Assembly (NCBI GenBank): GCA_013153595.1
Contig: JAADEC010000003.1
Span: 1 to 48,636, forward strand
From: Thermococci archaeon
Lineage (GTDB): Archaea; Methanobacteriota_B; Thermococci; Thermococcales; Thermococcaceae
Reading direction: 5' to 3'
DNA: 48,636 nucleotides
The translations under genes were made by a program, and so were the position numbers. This document shows, piece after piece, positions 40,997 through 48,636 of this stretch. Each line of letters starts with the position of its first letter. Position 1 is the first letter of the stretch. The notes below the pieces were generated by a model. That model searched no databases and was not told the DNA's origin. It saw nothing but the letters and a program-made list of their open reading frames with translations.

Positions 40997-41827
40997 ATGA
41001 GCCTGTTCCAGTGGCTTGGGACTATTTTGGTTTCAGGTGGAGTGTCTTGGTTAGTAGCTTGGTACCAGCTTAGGAGGCATGAAGACATTGACGCAAAAAA
41101 AGAGCATCTGAATCAGATTAAAAAAGAGATTGTTACACCCCTGTTGAATATGTTGAATATGCTGGAACTAGAAGAACTTGGGGTGACTATAAGCTTGGAA
41201 GATGTCGTTCCTTCTCCTTTGTTTGGAAATGTTAAAACGTATCATTTCCCTGAACTTTCTGTTTTAGACGAATATCTAGATCTCTGCCGGAAATTGAACG
41301 ACACTAAAGAGCTTCTTAAACCCCTCGTTAAAGAAAAGATTTCGAATGCATTGAAGACTTTCCCAAATTCTAATAAATTTCAACCCTGCACTGTGGATCA
41401 CAGTTTTGAACTTGCAATTGAAAAGGCAATATACAGCTTCCTTAGCTCAAATTTGCATAGATTAAACACGTGGGATTGGCAACGAGATTTTGAGGGGTCT
41501 TTTGAGGCGAATATTAGTTCGGGATATTTGGAAGTTAAATTCAATACATTTAACATTTATAAAGAATCTGCACCAAAGGGCACATCCGCCGAAAATTGGG
41601 CAGGTCCCGTTAACGTACTACTGTCCTCGATTATCAAGAGTTTGGTTAATAGTAACTCTGTGAAACAGATAGCTGAAGACTTGGCTAAGTTAGAACAACA
41701 ACGTTCTAAAAAAAGAAATGAGCTTAAAAAAGTTCTAGAACATATTAAGTACGTTCAGAAGCTTCCACTTAGAAAACGTAGGTGGAGAATCATCAAAGAG
41801 CCCTGTCCGTGTCTGAAGGATTATTGA
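40997..41827 (+). CDS. AT-rich orphan protein with an N-terminal TM helix
   Basis: GGGGAGG RBS before ATG 40997; 276 codons open; WLGTILVSGGVSWLVAWY helix; codon usage unlike the neighbours. Confidence 0.7.
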   Translation: MSLFQWLGTILVSGGVSWLVAWYQLRRHEDIDAKKEHLNQIKKEIVTPLLNMLNMLELEELGVTISLEDVVPSPLFGNVKTYHFPELSVLDEYLDLCRKLNDTKELLKPLVKEKISNALKTFPNSNKFQPCTVDHSFELAIEKAIYSFLSSNLHRLNTWDWQRDFEGSFEANISSGYLEVKFNTFNIYKESAPKGTSAENWAGPVNVLLSSIIKSLVNSNSVKQIAEDLAKLEQQRSKKRNELKKVLEHIKYVQKLPLRKRRWRIIKEPCPCLKDY

Positions 41828-41853
41828 CTTTTTGTAAGAAAAAGGTGGTTACC

Positions 41854-42263
41854 ATGAGGTTCGTTTCGGGTGGAGACCTCCCTGAAATCGTTGCGATACT
41901 CATCTTCGCGCTCTACGCTTCAATGCTCCCCGAAGTCCACAGGGACCTCTTTCTGCTCGTTGGCGCTGGAGTGCTGGCCGCGTTCCTAACCTGGAGGGGC
42001 AACGAGAAAACCAAGCGGAAGAACGCCGAGGCATGGGGAAAGCTGAAGGCCGAAATCGAGAGGCTCGACGTCGATGAGAAAGTTAAGGGGAGGAGCTGTT
42101 AAGAACCATTGACGACCTCTACTCCGAGGCGAGGAGGAAGGGCTTCGCCGTGAAGGTCGTTAAGCTTGGTGATCCGGTTCCTCCGAGGAGCGCCGTCCCT
42201 GAGGATGGCAATCGAAATTCAACTGAAACCTTTTTAACTTCCCCCGAAAACACACCAATTTAA
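41854..42263 (+). pseudogene. small two-TM membrane protein, apparently frameshifted at GGGG 42087-42090
   Basis: RBS AGGTGG and ATG 41854; frame stops at 42102, but the -1 frame continues with host-like codons (GEELLRTIDDLYSEARRKG...) to 42263. Confidence 0.5.
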
Positions 42264-42275
42264 AAGGTGATGCCC

Positions 42276-43580
42276 ATGAGCATTCTCATCAGGAACGGTT
42301 ACGTGGTCTACGGTGAAAGCCTTGAAGTCGTTCGGGCTGACGTTCTTATAGAGGGTAATACGATAGTGAAGGTTGAGAGGGGGATGAAGGAGCCGGCCGA
42401 CACCGTCATAGATGCCACGGGTAAGATCGTTTCTCCGGGCTTCATAAACCTGCACACCCACTCGCCCATGGGCCTCCTCCGCGGCCTTGCCGACGACCTG
42501 CCCCTGATGGACTGGCTCGAGAAGCACGTATGGCCCATGGAGGCAAAGCTCACGCGCGAACACATAAAGGCCGGTGCCTACCTCGGTGCCCTCGAGATGA
42601 TCAAAACAGGGACAACGGCTTTCCTCGACATGTACTTTCACATGGACGCCGTCGCCGAGGCAGTTCTTGAGAGCGGCCTTAGGGGCTACCTGAGCTATGG
42701 AATGGTCGATCTCGGTGATCCTGAAAAGACGGAGAAGGAGGTAAAGGAATCCCTGCGCGAGATGAAGGCGATGGAGCGCATGGGCTCGGATAGGGTTCAG
42801 TTCGTCTTCGGACCGCACGCACCGTACACGTGCTCCATAGCCCTTCTGAAGGAGGTCCGCAGGCTGGCTGACGAACACGGAAAGCTCATAACCATACACG
42901 TCGCGGAGACGATGGCCGAGCTTGGAAAGATTCAGGCGCGCTACGGCAAGAGCCCCGTGCTTCTGCTCGACGACATCGGCTTCCTCGGGAGCGACGTCAT
43001 AGCGGCGCACGGCGTCTGGCTCGACAGCAGGGACGTCCAGACCCTTGCGAGGAGCGGGGTCACCGTGGTTCACAACCCCGCCAGCAACATGAAGCTCGCG
43101 AGCGGCGTCATGCCCCTCCAGAAGCTGCTTAACGCTGGTGTAAACGTCGGCCTCGGAACCGACGGCTCGGCGAGCAACAACAACCTCGACATGCTGGAGG
43201 AGATGAAGCTCGCGGCCCTGCTCCACAAGGCTCACAACCTCGATCCCACTGTGGCCGATGCTAAGACCGTCTTCAGAATGGCGACTCTCAACGGTGCGAA
43301 GGCCCTTCGCCTGAAGGCGGGCGTTGTAAAGCCTGGCTACCTCGCCGACGTGGTCGTAATCGACTTCAACAGGCCCCACCTCAGGCCGATCAACGACGTC
43401 ATAAGCCACCTCGTTTATTCAGCAAACGGCAACGACGTTGAGACGACGATAGTTGACGGAAAGATCCTCATGCTCGACCGCGAGGTTCTCACGCTCGACG
43501 AGGAGCGCATCTTGGATGGGGCTGAGGGTGTCGTGTCCAAGCTGAGGGGTGGTTCAGATGGGCATGCTGGAGGTCGTTAA
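42276..43580 (+). CDS. MTA/SAH/5'-deoxyadenosine deaminase (amidohydrolase family)
   Basis: PGFINLHTH, GPHAPY, IHVAET, AAHGV, HNPASNMKLASG and LGTDGSASNN motifs. Confidence 0.9.
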   Translation: MSILIRNGYVVYGESLEVVRADVLIEGNTIVKVERGMKEPADTVIDATGKIVSPGFINLHTHSPMGLLRGLADDLPLMDWLEKHVWPMEAKLTREHIKAGAYLGALEMIKTGTTAFLDMYFHMDAVAEAVLESGLRGYLSYGMVDLGDPEKTEKEVKESLREMKAMERMGSDRVQFVFGPHAPYTCSIALLKEVRRLADEHGKLITIHVAETMAELGKIQARYGKSPVLLLDDIGFLGSDVIAAHGVWLDSRDVQTLARSGVTVVHNPASNMKLASGVMPLQKLLNAGVNVGLGTDGSASNNNLDMLEEMKLAALLHKAHNLDPTVADAKTVFRMATLNGAKALRLKAGVVKPGYLADVVVIDFNRPHLRPINDVISHLVYSANGNDVETTIVDGKILMLDREVLTLDEERILDGAEGVVSKLRGGSDGHAGGR

Positions 43581-44106
43581 AGGCGACTTAACCCGCTTCC
43601 CCGCCGAGGCCATAGTCAACGCCGCCAACCGCTACCTCGAGCACGGCGGCGGTGTGGCCTACGCGATAGCGAAAGCTGCAGCAGGAGACGCCCGCGAGTA
43701 CGTAAGGATAAGTAAGGAGGCCATGAGGGAGCAGCTCGGAAAGACCTCGATCGAGCACGGAGAGGTCGTCGTCACCCCCGCGATGAGGCTTGAGCGTCAC
43801 GGAATCTGGTACGTCATCCACACTGTCGGGCCGTACTGCGGCGGCCGCTGGGACGGGGATAAGAAGGAGAAGCTCAGGAGGGCTATCTTAGGTGCCCTTA
43901 GAAAGGCTGAGGAGCTTGGGGTCAGAACCGTGGCCTTCCCCGCTATAAGCGCCGGAATCTACGGCTGTCCGCTCGAGGAGGTCGTGAGGACCTTCAAGGA
44001 GATCGTTGAGGGGTTCTCGCGTGAAGCAAGGAGTGTGGAGAAGGTTTATCTGGTGCTGTACTCAGAGGGAGACTACGAGAGGGCGCTCAAGGCGTTGAGA
44101 TCATGA
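43558..44106 (+). CDS. macrodomain ADP-ribose(-protein) hydrolase
   Basis: GDLT, AIVNAAN..LEHGGGVA, VIHTVGP and FPAISAGIYG motifs. Confidence 0.93.
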   Translation: MGMLEVVKGDLTRFPAEAIVNAANRYLEHGGGVAYAIAKAAAGDAREYVRISKEAMREQLGKTSIEHGEVVVTPAMRLERHGIWYVIHTVGPYCGGRWDGDKKEKLRRAILGALRKAEELGVRTVAFPAISAGIYGCPLEEVVRTFKEIVEGFSREARSVEKVYLVLYSEGDYERALKALRS

Positions 44107-44140
44107 TACGCCTGTTGTTTTCGTCTGGTGGGATGCCGGT

Positions 44141-44914
44141 ATGATTCCCCTACTCGAGCATGATCACGATGAAAAGATACCGATTGAGGGTATAAGGCGT
44201 GAAATATACGAAGCCGCCGAGAGGAACGGGATAACGCTGGAAGAGGAGCGCTTCCATGAGACCGTGATTCTGGCTTTGAACGTTTCAATGCTTCAGAGGT
44301 TACTCGAGGAAACCAGCGCAAGGCAAATTCCGTGGATCTACAGAATGCGCCCGCTGTACGAAGGCTACGTTGATGGGGTTCCAGTGAACATAATCTGGGC
44401 GGCTCCGGGGGCGCCTCTTGCTGCCTACGTTATGGAGCACCTCATAGCGATGGGTGGAAGGGTTTTCATAGGGGTTGGGACCGCGGGAAACGTTTCACTT
44501 GACGGCATGCACGTTGTGATCCCCACGAAGGCCATACGAGACGAAGGGACGTCTTACCACTACCTCCCGCCCGGTGAGATCGTTAACGCCTCGGAAGACG
44601 TTGTTGAATCCCTTTCGATGTCCGCTAAAGAACTTGGAATTCCCGTTGAAATGGGCCCCATTTGGTCGACGGACGCTCCCCTGCGTGAAACTCCCTCCGC
44701 AATGGAACGCTACAGGAAGAAGGGAGTACTCGCCGTCGATATGGAGACCTCGGCTATATTTGCCGTTGCCCGGCATAGGGGAGTTAAAGCGGGTTGCATA
44801 CTCCTGAGCGGCCATGAGGTCCAGCACCCACTCCCTTTTGATTTGAGGGAGGCGACGGTTAAAATCGCGCTGGCTTCAGTTAAAAGTCTAGAGAGTCTAG
44901 AGAAAAACCCTTAA
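44141..44914 (+). CDS. nucleoside phosphorylase (PNP/UDP family)
   Basis: GAPLAA..MEHL, GVGTAG, AIRDEGTSYHY, WSTDAPLRET and AVDMETSA motifs. Confidence 0.85.
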   Translation: MIPLLEHDHDEKIPIEGIRREIYEAAERNGITLEEERFHETVILALNVSMLQRLLEETSARQIPWIYRMRPLYEGYVDGVPVNIIWAAPGAPLAAYVMEHLIAMGGRVFIGVGTAGNVSLDGMHVVIPTKAIRDEGTSYHYLPPGEIVNASEDVVESLSMSAKELGIPVEMGPIWSTDAPLRETPSAMERYRKKGVLAVDMETSAIFAVARHRGVKAGCILLSGHEVQHPLPFDLREATVKIALASVKSLESLEKNP

Positions 44915-44946
44915 TCTCGTTTCCATAGTTCTCTTTGGTGATGTCC

Positions 44947-46389
44947 ATGAAGATCGAAGACGTTTACATCTGGGACACGAACGCGAGATGGCTCGGCATA
45001 ACTCCTTACCAGCTCATGGAGAACGCTGGGGCCGGCGTCGCGAGAACGATCGAGGAGCGCTTTGGGAGGGGCCTTAAGATCGCGGTCTTCTCCGGAACCG
45101 GGAACAACGGCGGGGACGGCTTCGTTGCCGCGAGACACCTGAGCTTCGAGAACGACGTCACGATTTTTCTGGTTGGTGACGAGGCAAAGATAAGAAGCGA
45201 GGAGGCGAGGCACAACTGGAATATCCTGAAGCGCCTCGACTTCGTGAAAATCAAGATCCTCAAGGATTCAGCCTACGTGAAGTCCCTCGACCTCAGCGGC
45301 TACGACGTGGTAGTCGATGCCCTCCTCGGTGCCGGGACGAGGGGCGAACCGAGGGAGCCTATTCGCTCGGCGGTTGAGAAGATCAACGAGCACGCTGGAA
45401 GAGTGAAGATCGTCAGCATCGATCTTCCGAGCGGTTATCCGAGCGGAGTTCGCGTTAATGCCGACTTCGCCGTGACCTTTCAGTGGGACAAGGAGGAGTT
45501 CAAGGGCTTCGAGCGCGTGATCGTTAGGATAGGCTACCCCAGGGAGCTCCACCACCTCGTCGGGCCGGGCGATGCCAGGTTTGCCCTGCGGAAGAAGGGA
45601 GAGCACAAGGGCCAGAATGGTAAGCTGCTCGTCATAGGTGGGAGCGGGAACTACTACGGTGCTCCCTACCTCGCTTCTAAGGCCGCGAGCTACGTCGTTG
45701 ACCTCGTCTACCTCGCGATGCCGTCAGGGCCTGCGTTGAGGATAAGCGACCCGGACTTAATCCTCCGCCCGTTTGAGGGCGAGAACTTCTCCATGGAGCA
45801 CCTCGACGGTCTCCTTGCGCTCGCCGAAAAGGTCGACGCGGTCGTCGTGGGGCCGGGGATCGGTCTGGCGGATGAGACGAAGGAGCTCGTCAGGGAGTTC
45901 GTTAAACGCTGCGAGAAGCCGATGGTGATCGACGCCGATGGCCTCAAAGCTGTGGCCGAGGATTTGAGCGTTCTCAGGGGGAAAACCTTCGTCCTGACTC
46001 CCCACGCGGGTGAGTTCAAGCTGCTCTTCGGTGTGAAACCCGAGGGTTCGCTCGAGGAGAGGGCGGAGACCATCCGAGAGAGCGCCAAGAAGGCCGGGGG
46101 AGTCGTCCTGCTCAAGGGCGCCTACGACGTCATAAGCGATGGAGAGGCCTGGAAGTACAACAGGACCGGGAACAGGGGCATGACGACGGGTGGAACCGGT
46201 GACGTTCTTGCCGGTCTCGTGGGTTCCCTGCTTGCCCTCGGTAACGGATCGATGAGGGCCGCCTCTGTGGGGGCCTTCCTGAACGGCTTAGCCGGTGATC
46301 TGGTCAGGGATGAGCTCGGTGAGAACTTCACGGCCTTTGAAGTGGTAAAAAAGGTTCCAGAGGCCCTTAAATGGGTGATTGGGTTTTAG
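44947..46389 (+). CDS. nnr: bifunctional NAD(P)H-hydrate epimerase/dehydratase
   Basis: LMENAG, GNNGGDG, VDALLGAG, DLPSG, HKGQNG, IDADGL, LTPHAGEF and GGTGDVLAG motifs. Confidence 0.95.
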   Translation: MKIEDVYIWDTNARWLGITPYQLMENAGAGVARTIEERFGRGLKIAVFSGTGNNGGDGFVAARHLSFENDVTIFLVGDEAKIRSEEARHNWNILKRLDFVKIKILKDSAYVKSLDLSGYDVVVDALLGAGTRGEPREPIRSAVEKINEHAGRVKIVSIDLPSGYPSGVRVNADFAVTFQWDKEEFKGFERVIVRIGYPRELHHLVGPGDARFALRKKGEHKGQNGKLLVIGGSGNYYGAPYLASKAASYVVDLVYLAMPSGPALRISDPDLILRPFEGENFSMEHLDGLLALAEKVDAVVVGPGIGLADETKELVREFVKRCEKPMVIDADGLKAVAEDLSVLRGKTFVLTPHAGEFKLLFGVKPEGSLEERAETIRESAKKAGGVVLLKGAYDVISDGEAWKYNRTGNRGMTTGGTGDVLAGLVGSLLALGNGSMRAASVGAFLNGLAGDLVRDELGENFTAFEVVKKVPEALKWVIGF

Positions 46390-46401
46390 CAGCCCTGAAA
46401 C

Positions 46402-46959
46402 TCAGAACTCAATCAGCTCCTTCATTTTTTTGGCTTTCTCACAGAACTCACAGCTCTGCAGGAAGACGAGCACGTTCAGGAGGTGAAACAGCTCCACCTC
46501 AGTCATCTCGACGTTCGAGACCCTCCTTATAAACGGCTGTGCGTTTATCTCTATCTCGTCCAGCACACTTTCCAAGAGACGCTTTAGTTCCTCTTCATCC
46601 TTCACGGAGAAGCCGGCCTTCTTAAGGATGTCAACGAGTTTCTTGGCCTCTATGCTCATGTACTCCTTCCTGAACCGTTCTATGCTCTCGTCAGGCTCAA
46701 CCCTTATCAGGAACAGCCTCGCGGTTCTTCCGTAGAGCTTCTCGTTCCCCTCACACCCCACAACCTCAACGAAGCCGGCCCTCTCAAGCGTCTTCAGGTG
46801 TCTGTACACGGTCGTCCTGTTCCTCCCTATCATGAGCATGATGTCGTTCACCGTCTTTGGCCCGTTTCTCAGCGCCTGGAGGATCTCGAAGCGGGTTCTT
46901 TCGGTCAGGATCTTGACCTTCTCCGGATCCGTGACTATAACGACGTCTTTGACCACCAC
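46402..46959 (-). CDS. ArsR-like winged-helix transcriptional regulator
   Basis: TRFEILQALRNGPKTV..TTVYRHLKTLERAGFV and KLYGRTA motifs. Confidence 0.85.
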   Translation of the reverse strand: MVVKDVVIVTDPEKVKILTERTRFEILQALRNGPKTVNDIMLMIGRNRTTVYRHLKTLERAGFVEVVGCEGNEKLYGRTARLFLIRVEPDESIERFRKEYMSIEAKKLVDILKKAGFSVKDEEELKRLLESVLDEIEINAQPFIRRVSNVEMTEVELFHLLNVLVFLQSCEFCEKAKKMKELIEF

Positions 46960-46977
46960 GCCTGTTCACCATCGGGT

Positions 46978-47280
46978 TCATTCTTCAAGCTTGTCCTGTG
47001 GAGTTTCCTCTTCCTCTATTATGCGCCTTCCTGCAGCTACCATGTCTATGCTGTGCACGACGCCTCCAAACTCCTCTATCGTCCGCGCTATCTCATCGTA
47101 GTCGAGATCATCCCCCATTATCGTTATCTTAACGTTCTCCGTTTCCTTGTCTATCTCAACGAGGGTTATGTTGACCCCCTCAACCCCTTTAACCTCGCTC
47201 AGCCCCAGGGCGAGCTCTGTTACTATGGGCTGGTGGGGCTTCAACACGTCAAGAACCAGAAGTCTTATGCCCCTTGCCAT
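46978..47280 (-). CDS. DUF211 family protein
   Basis: LLVLDVLKPHQP, GVEGVNI and GGVVHSID motifs. Confidence 0.85.
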   Translation of the reverse strand: MARGIRLLVLDVLKPHQPIVTELALGLSEVKGVEGVNITLVEIDKETENVKITIMGDDLDYDEIARTIEEFGGVVHSIDMVAAGRRIIEEEETPQDKLEE

Positions 47281-47286
47281 ACTCTT

Positions 47287-47868
47287 TCACCTTAAACCTG
47301 CCTCAAGGGCCCTGCCGAACTTCTTAACGAGCTCAACGTACTCCGGATCGCTTCCAAGCTTCGCCAGTGTGAGCCACTCTATCGTGTGTATTATGTCCTC
47401 GTTGGAGAACCCCCTGAGCTTGTCCTCGTTCTCTTCGATCTTCTTGCTTATCTCCGTTTTGTATACGTGTTCCTTTTCGAGTATCCTGTCCATGAGGTCC
47501 AGAAGGTCGTTGTTGACGTTGTACCCGATGGCCCTCAGGATGTCGAGTTTGGTTTTGAGCCTGGACCTTGCGAAGTATCTGAGCTCCTCGTCGCCGAGGT
47601 AGAGGTTGATGTAGAACGCGTCGGCCGTTCTTCCGTAGTACTTCTCGATGAGGTTGCCCTTCATCTCCGTCCTCTTGACCTCAACCAGGCCCGCTTCCTT
47701 CAGCTTCTCTATGTGATGGTATATCGTCTGAGGCGTCTTTCCGAGGATCTCGCTGAGCTGTGATATGGTCATCTCCTTCTCCCTGAGCAGATGGAGTATC
47801 CTTCGCCGCGTGTCCTCGAGTATGAGTTTTATGATCTCGGGGTCGTTTATGACCTTAACCTTTGCCAT
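47287..47868 (-). CDS. ArsR-like winged-helix transcriptional regulator
   Basis: TRRRILHLLREKEMTISQLSEILGKTPQTIYHHIEKLKEAGLV and KYYGRTA motifs. Confidence 0.9.
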   Translation of the reverse strand: MAKVKVINDPEIIKLILEDTRRRILHLLREKEMTISQLSEILGKTPQTIYHHIEKLKEAGLVEVKRTEMKGNLIEKYYGRTADAFYINLYLGDEELRYFARSRLKTKLDILRAIGYNVNNDLLDLMDRILEKEHVYKTEISKKIEENEDKLRGFSNEDIIHTIEWLTLAKLGSDPEYVELVKKFGRALEAGLR

Positions 47869-47878
47869 CTTACCACCT

Positions 47879-47946
47879 CATCTTAACGTTTCTACATCTT
47901 AACGTTCCTATCGGATTTTTAGCGTTTCCTCAATATAACGTTTTCC
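47879..47946. repeat. tandem operator-like repeats with AACGTT core
   Basis: CATCTTAACGTTTCTA / CATCTTAACGTTCCTA (47879-47910), then TTAGCGTTTCC and ATAACGTTTTCC. Confidence 0.7.
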
Positions 47947-47995
47947 CCAGGAAAGTTTAAATATCTGCCCCTCGATGCCCGATGGGGGCGATGAC

Positions 47996-48636
47996 ATGAA
48001 CGGTATCAACCTGGACTTTCTGTTTTACCCCAAGAGCGTCGCGGTTGTGGGAGCGTCTCACGTGCCCGGGAAGGTCGGAAACGCGATAATGCGCTCCATG
48101 ACGCTCCGCTTCAACGGAAAGGTTTACGCCGTCAACGTAAAGGGCGGTGAGATAGAGGTCAACGGGAAGAAGTTCAAGGTTTACAAGAGCATCAAGGAGA
48201 TCCCTGACGAGATCGATGTTGCTGTCATAGCGGTTCCCGCTAAGTTCGTGCCGGACGTTATAGACGAGTGCGGTGAGAAGGGCGTCAAGGGTGCTATAGT
48301 CATCTCCGCATGCTTCAAGGAGGCCGGAAGAACCGAGCTCGAGGAGGAGCTCGTGAAGCGCGCCAGGAAGTGGGGAATCCGCGTCGTCGGACCCAACTGC
48401 CTCGGTGTCACCAACCTCGAGAACGGTTTCGACTGCAACTTCAACCCGCCGGAGAGGCAGGCCAGGCCGCCCTTCGGAAAGGTCGCCTTCATGAGCCAGA
48501 GCGGTGCCTTCGGAGCGGCGATCCTCGACTGGGCCGCGAGGGAGAAGATAGGAATGAGCAAGTTCATCAGCCTCGGCAACATGGCCGACCTCGACGAGAG
48601 CGACTTCATGGACTACCTCGGCGACGACGAGAAGAC
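47996..48636 (+). CDS. ADP-forming acyl-CoA synthetase alpha subunit (3'-truncated by window; absent from the ORF track)
   Basis: Hand translation gives MNGINLDFLFYPKSVAVVGASHVPGKVG...VGPNCLG...SQSGAFG...SLGNMADLDESD; promoter-like GAAAGTTTAAATA at 47951-63. Confidence 0.9.
   Translation, partial: MNGINLDFLFYPKSVAVVGASHVPGKVGNAIMRSMTLRFNGKVYAVNVKGGEIEVNGKKFKVYKSIKEIPDEIDVAVIAVPAKFVPDVIDECGEKGVKGAIVISACFKEAGRTELEEELVKRARKWGIRVVGPNCLGVTNLENGFDCNFNPPERQARPPFGKVAFMSQSGAFGAAILDWAAREKIGMSKFISLGNMADLDESDFMDYLGDDEK

Overview
Core-genome segment of a Thermococcales archaeon (Thermococcus-like, GC-rich, GGTGA-type RBSs, BRE/TATA promoters). It contains the replication origin (ORB repeats around an AT-rich unwinding element, about 36130-36870), with cdc6-DP1-DP2 on one side and radA-nucS transcribed divergently on the other; DP2 and RadA are intein-free. 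It also holds the porG-vorDAB-porDAB 2-oxoacid:ferredoxin oxidoreductase cluster, two ADP-forming acyl-CoA synthetase alpha subunits, tRNA and cofactor genes (arcS, kae1, hisS, coaD, nadK, moaE, lipS1-like, trxB, carbamate kinase) and a nucleoside-salvage/metabolite-repair run (mtnP, deaminase, macrodomain, phosphorylase, nnr). No rRNA, tRNA, CRISPR array or transposase was seen. The most notable items are: a radical-SAM-like protein that lacks CxxxCxxC but keeps a 7-Cys SPASM domain, with a 24-codon ORF upstream; an intergenic C/D-box sRNA candidate; an AT-rich orphan gene followed by a frameshifted gene; a four-copy AACGTT operator array; and oriC directly adjoining the radA promoter. All calls come from motif recognition only, and comparisons with other genomes are from memory and flagged for checking.
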